The notes below the pieces were generated by a model that saw only the letters and a program-made list of their open reading frames with translations, had not been told where the DNA came from and ran no database searches. Below, piece by piece: positions 36,142 to 46,197 of a DNA stretch of 64,000 nt (the stretch's first letter is position 1; each line of letters begins with the position of its first letter). Where the stretch lies: the NCBI GenBank assembly GCA_054600435.1, contig BAAIJX010000056.1:62001-126000 (forward strand). The letters run 5' to 3'. Made by a program: the position numbers and the translations under genes. The DNA is from Neophaeotheca triangularis (taxonomy: Eukaryota).

Positions 36142-36787
36142 CTACTTGGCCGCCGCCGCAGCCATTGCACCAGTATCCTACAAAACAAACCCATCAGCAT
36201 AAATCAACACTTACACCATCCGATCGCCCATCAAGCCGGCCCCAAGCACCACCAATAAAAGAAAAGAAAAGAAGACCAGTACTCACCAAATAAACCTGAT
36301 AAAAGTCCATCTTCAGTTCCGCAGCCTGCTCCACCAAATGCGCCCTCGCCGCCCAGTCGACGGAGACATTCTTCCCGCCATCCTTAAGCACATAATCGAC
36401 AGTGCCGTAGAGCATGACCTCTTCCCCACCGCCAGAGGAGGACGAAGGGAATGGAAAGATCTTGATCGGTTTGTGCGAGCGGGCGGAGACTTTTTCCCAC
36501 ATGCTCTTGCGCTTGGTGAGGATTTCTGGACGACGAGGCATCAACGTTGAGTAGTGATCTGGCTAGCCTGTAGCCGGTAGCTTTTTCTTTCGATTGAACG
36601 GGCACATACCGTCGCTCCCCTTGCTCACCGAGGTCGCCATTATCAGCGTGGCATCTTTGGTGAACTGCTCCGTGTAGAGATCGTGGGCATCCGGGGTGTC
36701 GGAGATCTTGTAGAAGGTTTCAAAGTACTTTGCTATTTCTGGTTTCACTGAGTTGTCGGAGGGGAGGGTGGCTTGGTATTGGCTCAT
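36142..36787 (-). CDS. SnoaL/NTF2-like small protein (3 exons)
   Basis: FETFYKISDTPDAHDLYTEQFTKDATLIM, RKSMWEKVSARSHKPIKIFPF, VMLYGTVDY, VDWAARAHL and MDFYQVYL|DTGAMAAAAK*. Introns begin GTATGT and GTGAGT. Confidence 0.85.
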
Positions 36788-37437
36788 TTTGGTTGGATGG
36801 GGGTGGTTGGTCGTATAGCTGGGCTGAGTGAGTCGTTGGACCTTGGTCTGGAGGCGCTATCAGCCTACGTACAATGCCTATGTTGATGGCTTTGCTTGGT
36901 CGACGTTGTTGTGTTGGAGGTTTGTGTTGTTGTCACGTTGGTTGTTGGCTTCGATGGAGTTATCGGCAGTTCGGCAATTGGCTGTTGTCCGTTTCGTCTC
37001 TCCGCCACCCACCGTCCTCGTGTTACATCCTCATCGCAACGATATGGAACCTTGGATGGCACACAACATACTCATTTTTCCCATGGTTATTTGCCGGTCC
37101 AGCAGATCACGGCTAGAAGGGTTGCGAAAGGCGATGGCGTAGCACGAAGAGCACGGATCCCACCAGCGCCCGCTACCTTACTCAATGTATTCGAAACCAT
37201 GAACATGAAACAAACTTGCCCAAGCCATGTCCATTCGACGCGCAATAAAGATTGGCGACTGCTTATCGTGTAGTGTCGATCTGAACACACTCCCATCCTT
37301 TTATTATGCAGCTTTTGCAATTATGTGCTAGCTTTTCTTCCTTCTCGACCCTTTCTTTCACCCATCCGCCTTTCCCTACGCAGAGCTGGTCTCGCACATT
37401 GGTCTTCCAAACTACCCACATTCCTTCCAGAGTCAAG

Positions 37438-38931
37438 ATGCTCAGTCTATCCATCATTGGCCTTGCTGCTGGCAGCGCCCTGGCCGCACCTTTTAGCTAC
37501 CCCGAGAAAGCTCACGTCCCTATCGGCTACGAGGCCTCAACCTTGACTGCTCGTCAGGATACGGGACTCAACAATGCAGCTGTCAACGCCGGCAAGCTCT
37601 TCTTTGGAACCGCAACTGAGCTTCCTACCGACGACGCCGCGTACATGGACCTTCTCAGCAACACGGCAGACTTTGGCCAACTTACCCCAGCCAACGCCAT
37701 GAAATGGGACTCAACCGAGCCTTCCCGGGACCAGTTCAGCTTCTCCGGCAGCGATGAGATTGCTGAATTGGCTGCTTCGAATGGTCAAAGGCTGAGATGC
37801 CATGCTCTTGTCTGGTACAATCAGCTCCCGTCTTGGGTCAGCGAAGGCGGCTTCGACAATGCCACACTCATCGAAGTCATGACCAACCACATCACCAACG
37901 TCGTTGAGCACTTCAAGGGCCAGTGCTACGCCTGGGACGTCGTGAATGAGGCGCTTTCCGACAACGGGGACGGCTCGCTGCGCTCTAACATCTTCCTCGA
38001 CACGATCGGCGAAGCCTACATTCCCATCGCCTTTGCAGCTGCTGCAGCCGCTGACCCAGACGCCCTGCTGTACTACAACGACTACTCCATTGAAGATGGC
38101 GGTGCTAAGTCGCAGGGTGCTCAAGATATTGTAAGGCTGGTCCAGTCCTACGGCGCTAAGATCGACGGCGTTGGTTTACAGAGTCACTTCATTGTCGGGT
38201 CGACCGCCAGCACTGAAGCGCAGATTAGCAACATGCAGGCCTTTGCTGAACTGGGCGTGGAGGTCGCCATTACAGAGCTCGATATTCGTGCCGACACTCC
38301 CATTAGCGAAACAGACTTGCAGACCCAGGCGGAGGACTATGCTTCCACGGTTGAAGCTTGCCTGAGCGTCGACGCGTGCGTTGGCATCACGCTGTGGGAT
38401 TTCACCGACAAGTACTCCTGGATTCCCAACACCTTTTCCGGCGAGGGCGATGCACTGCCCTGGGATGAGAACCTGGAAAATAAGCCTGCCTACAACGCCA
38501 TCCTGGAAGCTCTGCAAGGCGGCTCATCATCACCTGCAGTGACCGCTGACACAGCCTTCGAATCGCCCGTTGCGACCAGTGTCTCTTCTCTTCCCGCTTC
38601 CGAGGAGGGTATCATGAGCATCCAGACCCAAGTCGCTGTCGCCACATCTGCTGTGGCCTACCCATCCGAGCCTGCCTCTCCTGCATTCCCCAGCTCTGAG
38701 GCAGTATCTCCATCTTCCACAATTATCCACACCGGCTTCGTCTCCCCGACGGTCGGCTACACTTTCGCTTCCAGCACTGGCATCGCGATGCCCACTGGTG
38801 GTACTGCTATGCCGACCGGAACTGGCATCTACCCGACCGGCACGGGCGTCTCCCCGACCGGCACTGGCGCGAGCTCAGCAGTGGTAGCTCCGACCGGCGC
38901 GAACTGCCCCATCGAGTATGTGTACGTCTAG
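37438..38931 (+). CDS. Secreted GH10 endo-1,4-beta-xylanase with a Ser/Thr/Pro-rich C-terminal tail
   Basis: Signal peptide [38 protein letters not shown] (acid/base), [19 protein letters not shown] (nucleophile) and WDFTDKYSW. Confidence 0.95.
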   Translation: MLSLSIIGLAAGSALAAPFSYPEKAHVPIGYEASTLTARQDTGLNNAAVNAGKLFFGTATELPTDDAAYMDLLSNTADFGQLTPANAMKWDSTEPSRDQFSFSGSDEIAELAASNGQRLRCHALVWYNQLPSWVSEGGFDNATLIEVMTNHITNVVEHFKGQCYAWDVVNEALSDNGDGSLRSNIFLDTIGEAYIPIAFAAAAAADPDALLYYNDYSIEDGGAKSQGAQDIVRLVQSYGAKIDGVGLQSHFIVGSTASTEAQISNMQAFAELGVEVAITELDIRADTPISETDLQTQAEDYASTVEACLSVDACVGITLWDFTDKYSWIPNTFSGEGDALPWDENLENKPAYNAILEALQGGSSSPAVTADTAFESPVATSVSSLPASEEGIMSIQTQVAVATSAVAYPSEPASPAFPSSEAVSPSSTIIHTGFVSPTVGYTFASSTGIAMPTGGTAMPTGTGIYPTGTGVSPTGTGASSAVVAPTGANCPIEYVYV

Positions 38932-39449
38932 AACAAGCGAACTAGTCACAGCAAGTAGAAAAAGTAGAATAGCAAGCAAAGCCATCAACCAAGCAAAAGT
39001 TTTCTCAAAGACTATCTAAAGAAACGACCCAAGCAAAACGGCGACAGAAAAGGAAAAGCCCAGTCCAAGACCAGCAGGTGACTTCGCCCTCGACCTCCCA
39101 ACCGTAGCATGCCCAATTATCATCAGACACACTGTTGGGAGTAGAATCGAGGAGGCTTTCCGGCCTATAAGACGCGGAAAGTAGCTGGACCCTCCCCATT
39201 CCTTTTGCAGGGAACAACGCGGCGATCCCCTAAGTTATCACGTCGGGGGTCGTGCGCTGCTGTGGTAAAGGTTGGTAGGGTAGGGGACCCGCTGGTCTCT
39301 TTCTTTGCTTTTCCTTGACTCTTGCGTTCGCTTCCCCTGCCACAACCCTCTCAGTCCGCAAGCCTTCCCGTCTCACTTCTCTGCTCAGTCCAATGCTGCC
39401 CGTGCCCTCACTCCCCCCATCACTCCCGCCCTCCACGTCCCCTCACCCC

Positions 39450-42245
39450 CTAAAACTCCAAGTCCTCCGGACGCTCCTCGCCATTGTTCGCGGGAGCCCT
39501 AGTTTCCTCCGTTCCCGTGCTGGTGGTGGTGGTGGTGGTGTTGGCAGCAGGCGGGGCAGTGCTCGTTGGCACTGGGTTGACAGCAGCAGGCGAAGCAGCC
39601 GCGGCGCTCGGGGGCGCTGGGTTGGCCGCCAGCAGGGCCTGGCGGTTCCTGGTGCGGCAGGGAGCAATCCGGCGAGGCCCAGCTGGGAAGTTTTGCGGGG
39701 GAGTATAGGTAGAGCTCGCGGCTTCCGTACCTACTGCTGTGTAGCCAGCAGCGGCGTTGCCCAAGTTGTAGTAAGGGGATGGAGATTGCTCTGGCTCGGG
39801 CTCGGGCTCCGGCTCCGGCTCGTCCTCTTTCATCATCGCCTCATAGTCGGGCGAGGGCTCGCGATCACCGTCCTCGTCCTCGTCAGACTCGTCCTCGTCG
39901 TCTTCGCTCTCATGCTTCTCCACATAATCTTCCTCCCACTCCTTGACTTCCTGCTTCAAGTCCCGGTTCTGCTCCACCAAATCGTTGATCTCGGCAGTGG
40001 CCTCGGCGAACTCGTCTTTCAGCTCCTTGAGCTCTTGGGTCAATTCTGCGACCTTTAGTTCCGCGTCCTCACACAAATCTTGGAGGTCGTAGTAATCTTG
40101 CTTGTTTCTGTCCGCAGCTTCGTCCGCTGCCGCCTTGGTCTGTCGGAGTTGATCCTCCAGGGAGTTGATGCGGCCCTTCTTCTCTTCTTTCTCAGCCTCG
40201 AGATCGATAATGCGCTGTCGCAATTCGCCAAGTTCGGGGTTCGCTGGAGCAGTCTGGAGGCTTTGCAGTTCGCCCTGCAGACGTTGGTTTTCCTCCTGAA
40301 GGCGCCGATGTAGGTCTGCCTGTTCCTCCATGTACTGCCAGCCGGTCGACTCCATTTGCTGCATTTGCTGAAGCCGTTGTTCTGCTTGTTGCAGAGCCTG
40401 GTCCCGTTCTTGCCTCAGCCTCCCAGCCTCTTCATCGTCCCCTGGGGGTGGGCCCTCCCCACGGTGCGCAGCTCTCCCCATCGCGCAGTCGGCCTCGGCA
40501 CGGTCCTTGAAATTGGCCTCGAGGTCGCTCTTGAACTTCTCGGCATCCTCCTTGATTTTGCTGAGCTGCTCGTTGGCTTGCTCAAGCTCTTCTCTCAGAC
40601 GGCTGGCTTCGTCGTCGTCGCTGGGGGGTGGGCACTCTCCACGGTGCGCAGCTCTCCCCATAGCGCATTCGGCCTCGGCTCTCTCCTTGAAGCCATCTTT
40701 CAGCTCCTGATTGGCCCTCTGAGCGGCCTCCAGCGCTTTCCTCGCCTTGTTGCGCTCTTCCGCTAGGCGGTTGGACCTCTGTCCCCAATATTCCTCATCC
40801 TCCTTGGCCTTGGTGAACTGGGCTTTAAGCCTCTCAATCTCTGCTCGGAGCTCGTTGACTGTGCCCCCACTGGTGGATGTGCTCGCTTGCCCAGGCCTTT
40901 GTTCGAGCTGCGCTTGGGCCCGCTCAAACATCCGCTGCCATTCGTCCCTGTCCTTGGCCAATAGGCGAAGTTGTTCCTTGAGCGAGGCAACCTCAGCCTT
41001 TTGGAGAGCGATTGCCTTCTCGCTGTTGATGCGAGCCTGAGTTTGGGTTTGGGTGTGGCCCTTGTGAATTTCCGTCACTCTTGCGTTATGGCTCTCAATT
41101 TGCTTCTTGTTGCTGTTTCGAAGCTCCGTATTTTGCTCCTCAGCTTTCCCTAGCTGCTTCTGAAGCTCTGAAATTTGCGTGCGGGCTTCGTGCAACTCGC
41201 TGGATTGCCGATCCAAGCGATTCGACACCCTCTCCGCGGCTTTCTCCACGGCTTTCTCCACCTCCTCCTTGGCCGCAGCCTCTCGCGCGCGACTCTGCTC
41301 CAGCTCGGCCTGAGTGCTCTCAAGCTGTCTCCTGATCTCGCGAGCGTCCTCGTCTTGCTGGGAGCAACGTGAGCGGTAACGCTCTAGCTCCTGAGAGGCA
41401 GCCTTGGCCTCTTCTTGCCTCTTCTCGAGGTCTTTTTCAAGGCTTGCGACGCGAGGGATCAGGCGCTCGACTGTTTGCAGGCGACTAGTGCTGCGCCTTG
41501 TGACTTCCATTCTTGCAGAATCAAGGGAGGCCACCCTCTGTTCTAGGTAGGCAATCCTCTCTTCTGGCCGAGTGTCTTCCGCTTGGGTGCTGGCATCGAC
41601 TGTCTGTGGCAAGGCAGGAGTCTGCGTGCTGGCAGTGGCTGTGTTTGGTGCTGCAAAGGCCTGGGTCTGGGTGCTGACATCGACCGTCTGTGGCAAGGTA
41701 GTAGTCTGGGTGCTGACATCGACCGTCTGTGGCAAGGCAGTAGTCTGCGTGCTGGCGGTGACCATAGGAGGGAGAGGGGCGTCGTAGAAGATGTCTTCGA
41801 TGTCATCTGCGTTATCATCGAAAGGGGTTACGGCTTCTTCGTAGAGGGCGAAAAGCTCGTTGAAGGCGTATAATAGGTCGTACTCCATGCTTAGTATGGA
41901 GACTTCGGTGTTTGCGGGAGTAGTGGTGGTGTGGGTGAGAGTAGGGTCGGTATCGGAGGGAGTAGGGGTGACATCGGTGGGAGTAAGGTCGGTGTCGGCA
42001 GGAGTAAGGGTGGTATCGGTGGTAGTGGGAGTGGTCTCTGTGGCAGTAGGAGTGGTGTTGGCGGGTGTAACGCTGTTGTCCGCAGGAGTAGAGTCTGTAG
42101 TTGGCTGCCCGGTGGGCGCGATGGAGGCGGTCTCATGGTCTTCGTCATGGACGGCAGGGGATACGGCTTCTTCGTAAATGGTGAAGGCGTCGTCTGTGAG
42201 CTCGAAGAGGTCGTACTCCGCCCACGAGTAGAGGAAAGAAAACAT
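39450..42245 (-). CDS. Orphan 931-aa protein: Thr-rich repeats, TQT-motif array, long coiled coil, acidic and Pro-rich tail
   Basis: Uninterrupted 931-codon ORF with E/Q/K/R/L heptads over roughly residues 225-770 and several internal repeats. Confidence 0.85.
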   Translation of the reverse strand: MFSFLYSWAEYDLFELTDDAFTIYEEAVSPAVHDEDHETASIAPTGQPTTDSTPADNSVTPANTTPTATETTPTTTDTTLTPADTDLTPTDVTPTPSDTDPTLTHTTTTPANTEVSILSMEYDLLYAFNELFALYEEAVTPFDDNADDIEDIFYDAPLPPMVTASTQTTALPQTVDVSTQTTTLPQTVDVSTQTQAFAAPNTATASTQTPALPQTVDASTQAEDTRPEERIAYLEQRVASLDSARMEVTRRSTSRLQTVERLIPRVASLEKDLEKRQEEAKAASQELERYRSRCSQQDEDAREIRRQLESTQAELEQSRAREAAAKEEVEKAVEKAAERVSNRLDRQSSELHEARTQISELQKQLGKAEEQNTELRNSNKKQIESHNARVTEIHKGHTQTQTQARINSEKAIALQKAEVASLKEQLRLLAKDRDEWQRMFERAQAQLEQRPGQASTSTSGGTVNELRAEIERLKAQFTKAKEDEEYWGQRSNRLAEERNKARKALEAAQRANQELKDGFKERAEAECAMGRAAHRGECPPPSDDDEASRLREELEQANEQLSKIKEDAEKFKSDLEANFKDRAEADCAMGRAAHRGEGPPPGDDEEAGRLRQERDQALQQAEQRLQQMQQMESTGWQYMEEQADLHRRLQEENQRLQGELQSLQTAPANPELGELRQRIIDLEAEKEEKKGRINSLEDQLRQTKAAADEAADRNKQDYYDLQDLCEDAELKVAELTQELKELKDEFAEATAEINDLVEQNRDLKQEVKEWEEDYVEKHESEDDEDESDEDEDGDREPSPDYEAMMKEDEPEPEPEPEPEQSPSPYYNLGNAAAGYTAVGTEAASSTYTPPQNFPAGPRRIAPCRTRNRQALLAANPAPPSAAAASPAAVNPVPTSTAPPAANTTTTTTSTGTEETRAPANNGEERPEDLEF

Positions 42246-44475
42246 CGTGGCGGGATGTGGCGGGTGAGGTGAGGTATTTGGATGGAATGACCGAAAAACG
42301 TCTGTGACGGGTGGTGTAGTGGAGTATGCTGCTGCTATGGATGCGCGAACGGCCCTTGCAGTGCTGGTATGGGTTATGAAGAGCGTATTCGGTGAGCTGG
42401 AGTCTTTGTTGTGACTTGAAGGTGTCTTGACAAAGGTTTCAGCAGACTGTGTTCGCTTTGTAGGTTGTGGGAGAGAGAAATAGAAAGAGAAAGCTCAGAA
42501 CAATGTTGAAGGTCTAGGCGGCTGGGCTTGGCGTTGGCTCCGGCGGTGACGACACAAAGGGGGCCTCAGGCAGCCCGGCGGCGAGGTTTGGACACCTCCG
42601 CCTTTCTGCCTTTGTCCGTGCCGCCTCTAAGTATAGGTATTATACTTTCACACAATGAGGATTGCCTTCGTCGATATATATGGATCAGCAGAGATTGGTA
42701 TGGTCGATTACACAGATCCTAGTCGTTTCCAATATCGATGAAGGCTTCCGATATTATAGCTTGGTTGACTGGAGCAAGCATATCAGCAAACACTATCGAG
42801 GGGTCGTCATCTCCGCAAGCTTTCAGGGTTTATACTCACCACTCCTGCGCTATGGGAAGAGAGGATCGATCGGTCGGCAGACCTTTTTGAGGGCGGTGCC
42901 TGCCGGTACAACTGCCACTAAATCCCTCGCTCGATGCCTAGAGTAGACAGTATGCAGCTCCCTTTGTTGCTTCTTGGTCTTTATGAGATTGCCAACCTAA
43001 ATTGACTAAAACACAGAGTTAGACAAACATCTCCAAGGCTCTGCTACCCCTAGCAAACCTACCGGAGCTCGCAATGGAGAACTCACCACTTATGAGCGAA
43101 GAAAGCAGAGTGCGCCCCCGAGGTAAAACATATGATGACAAGAGGTGACCGGAAACATCGTCCGATGGTTAGTGCAAAGAGGCGGCTGCCTTCGCTGTTC
43201 CAGTACAATCCGTGTTATCGGTAAGATCCTCTTTCTGGACAGACTGAGACACGCATGTCAGTAGACATGGCCTCACGGTCTGACTTTTGCTGTTCCTGGC
43301 GTGGGTTGATGACCTTGGAGGCAGCCTGCTAGCAAGCCCATGTACGACAGCCACATTGTTCAATGGCAACAATGGTCGACGCCCACCTGATGTCTGCACG
43401 GATTTGGCGGCATCCCCGCGCTCGTTGTCTGAGACATGCATGCCTTCCAGCACGATCAATGTCTCGGTATCTCCTCGTGGCAGACGATCTCAAGTTAAAC
43501 AGAGCCTGCTATCTTCCCGCTATCGACAGACCCAATCGCGAGCTTATGAGCTTGCTGAAAGAAGCAGGTTTCAGCGCCGGGAACCTACGCAGATGGCAGA
43601 CGCCGCCGTTCGGGGGGCAGGCGGCATTCCTGTTAGGCTTTCGCAAGTTTGGTTGGAGTATCCGCTTGCTTGTATCCTCCACGGTGTCCAGTCTACATAT
43701 AACGGTGATCCACAAGGCAGCCCAGTGAGGATCGTTGGTCAATGGTGGTGGTGTGCTGCATGCGGCGCAGAGCTGCGAGAAGCCTGGACTTGGGCTCTTG
43801 AGCCCGCGCTGGGAACACCAGCAGACGTACTAGCAAGACTCCCGCTTGTTTCAAATCATATAATGCCATGACACGGGGTCATCAACAATAAGGATAGTGA
43901 TGAGGCCGGAGTGAAGCGAGCGTCGTGCAAGCCTCCTCGTTCAAACTGATCCGCCAGACAAAACCCTCGGGGTGATTGGAGTGAATGTGGACTTTCAACC
44001 TCCAACAGGTTCTAGAGACAAAGGCGGTCTTGTGGCACCACATGATGATTTCGCACGAAGATTATCGATCATTGCAATGTCTTTGCCGCTTTCGGTCATG
44101 TCATGAGGCTCCGAAGTACAAAGAAGAGAAGTCGTGAGATGAATGGAGACATGACAAAGGAAACAATTACCATCATATGTACTTACAATGCCGCGAAAGA
44201 GGTCAAAACCTGTAACAAGCCATGTATAAGGATGCACATCACGTTGAAGATGAGATGAACAGGGGAGGTGAGGTCGTCGGAAACAATCCCAGCCTTACCC
44301 AATCCAGCTTAGCTCAACTGGATGTTCGCTTAAATCCTGAGATAGCCTCCCTAGCAACAGCGTAAACAATGCCATTGTTTCTTAAGATGGTTGCATGGCT
44401 CTTGTCTTGCGATTGCCAATCTACATGATCAAGACCAACTAAGCTGTTCGTTGTGATGACTCGCCATCCATCGAT

Positions 44476-46197
44476 ATGGACACCTCCCATCGCCCATTCG
44501 TAATCGTTTGCTGTGCCTGTGTGGCATTGTCCGTTCTTGCCGTGACCACCATATGGGGCAGCAAAACCAACCCAACAGTCACTGTCACTCCACCAGGAGA
44601 GATCAACCAAATAAGGCCACAAAACCGAAGACGAAAAGCTGTGGACAGTCTTTACGGAGAAGCAACGAACGCCTCCCCAATCGCGACCGTATCACGGCTC
44701 TTATGTCGCTGCGCTGACGCTAGTCGGACACTGCAAGAGGTTGGCGATCGATCTCCCATTCAGACGACACTAGCAAGCGAGTTAGTCTCGTTGACGACTT
44801 CTTTGTGTCGATTGCAACAGGCTCTTACTCCAAACGAGTCACTTGTATCGTCCAATCATGGCATTTCCGCTTGCTACCTCGCTAGCATGAGTGGGCTTGG
44901 TTCGACAATGTCACTGATTGAGAATGTCATTCTGTCAGAAGATCAGTCAACATCAACATCTCACCAGCTGATTCAACAGCTCCGAAATCAGAAGCCTGGG
45001 ATCGAGTTTTTGGTCGAATCTGTCAACAAGGAGCGTCTACCACCTACGCCTCCTGTCGACGACATGGACGGCGCCCAGAACCAACACCAGGGACTCGATG
45101 TTTCTTCCGAAATTCACACCGGAATCACGCCTTCTGCAGACATGAAATGCTGGGTCGAGCCTCCACCAGAGTATACTGCGTCTTCGGATGCTCCTACGGC
45201 AATCGACGAGAAGCAGGACGTCAAAGAGGCCCCATCAGCAGACATCAAAGAAGTACCTAGAGACGCCGAGGAATCAACATCCGACGTCCAAGCACACCTA
45301 TTCACCAACAACGATGAACCCGAACTCCACGAAGCAGTCCTCCAAAACGACACCGAAACAACAGCCTACCTCCTCTCTAACAACGCCGACCCCAACGCCC
45401 CCCGAGGTGACCTCCAACGCACTCCTCTCCATCAAGCCGCCCATCTAAACCACACTCAATGCCTCCCCATCCTCCTCCGCCATGGCGCAATCATGAACTC
45501 CGAAGACTCCAAAGGCGACACACCCCTCCACCTAGCAGCATGGGCCGGCAACGTCGAAGCGCTGTCAACACTCCTCGCTCACGGTGCGGAGGTCGACTGG
45601 CTCTCCGGTCGCGACGGCTACAGTCCCCTATGGTGCGCCATCAGCGCTTACGAGATCGACGCTGCACGTCTACTCCTACGGCACGGGGCGAGAGTGTCTT
45701 TGCGGTCCATGTCTGGGGGTGGACTGATGCCTCTTCATCAAGCTGCGGTCATGGGACAAAGTGCGATGTGCGAGCTGCTGCTTGAAAGGGGGGCGCAAGT
45801 CGACTGCAGCGATGAGACCATGAACACGCCGCTGCACTACGCTGCTGCTTGCGGGTCCGTGGGTTCCGTAAAAGTGTTGTTGCAGGCTGGGGCAGACATG
45901 GGGAAGAAGACTGTTCACGGACTCACCCCACTGCATTGGGCGGCTCACAAAGGGCATGCGGAGGCGGTAGGGCTGCTGGTTAGTTGTGGCGCCGAGGTCA
46001 ATGCCAGGGCGGCCGAAGAAGCGACGCCGTTGCATCTGGCGGCGAATAGGGGACATTTGCCTGCTGTGCGTCTTTTGCTGGCCAATGGCGCTGATAGGTG
46101 GATTGAGGCCGAGGCTTGGGATGGTGCGTCTGGGCGTGCTGTTGATATGGCGAGAGAGAAGGGGCATGATAGGGTTGTTGCCGTATTGAAGGAGTAA
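44476..46197 (+). CDS. Ankyrin-repeat protein with a putative HeLo-like N-terminal domain; start codon uncertain
   Basis: About 8 ankyrin repeats (TPLHQAAH, GDTPLHLAAWAG, TPLHYAAACG, GLTPLHWAAHKGH, TPLHLAANRGH) and a helical N-domain containing LASELVSLTTSLCRLQ. Confidence 0.85.
   Translation: MDTSHRPFVIVCCACVALSVLAVTTIWGSKTNPTVTVTPPGEINQIRPQNRRRKAVDSLYGEATNASPIATVSRLLCRCADASRTLQEVGDRSPIQTTLASELVSLTTSLCRLQQALTPNESLVSSNHGISACYLASMSGLGSTMSLIENVILSEDQSTSTSHQLIQQLRNQKPGIEFLVESVNKERLPPTPPVDDMDGAQNQHQGLDVSSEIHTGITPSADMKCWVEPPPEYTASSDAPTAIDEKQDVKEAPSADIKEVPRDAEESTSDVQAHLFTNNDEPELHEAVLQNDTETTAYLLSNNADPNAPRGDLQRTPLHQAAHLNHTQCLPILLRHGAIMNSEDSKGDTPLHLAAWAGNVEALSTLLAHGAEVDWLSGRDGYSPLWCAISAYEIDAARLLLRHGARVSLRSMSGGGLMPLHQAAVMGQSAMCELLLERGAQVDCSDETMNTPLHYAAACGSVGSVKVLLQAGADMGKKTVHGLTPLHWAAHKGHAEAVGLLVSCGAEVNARAAEEATPLHLAANRGHLPAVRLLLANGADRWIEAEAWDGASGRAVDMAREKGHDRVVAVLKE

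Noticed and set aside
41578..41765. 39-bp repeats as a CRISPR-like array
   Set aside because: They are in-frame coding tandem repeats without unique spacers, in a eukaryotic context.
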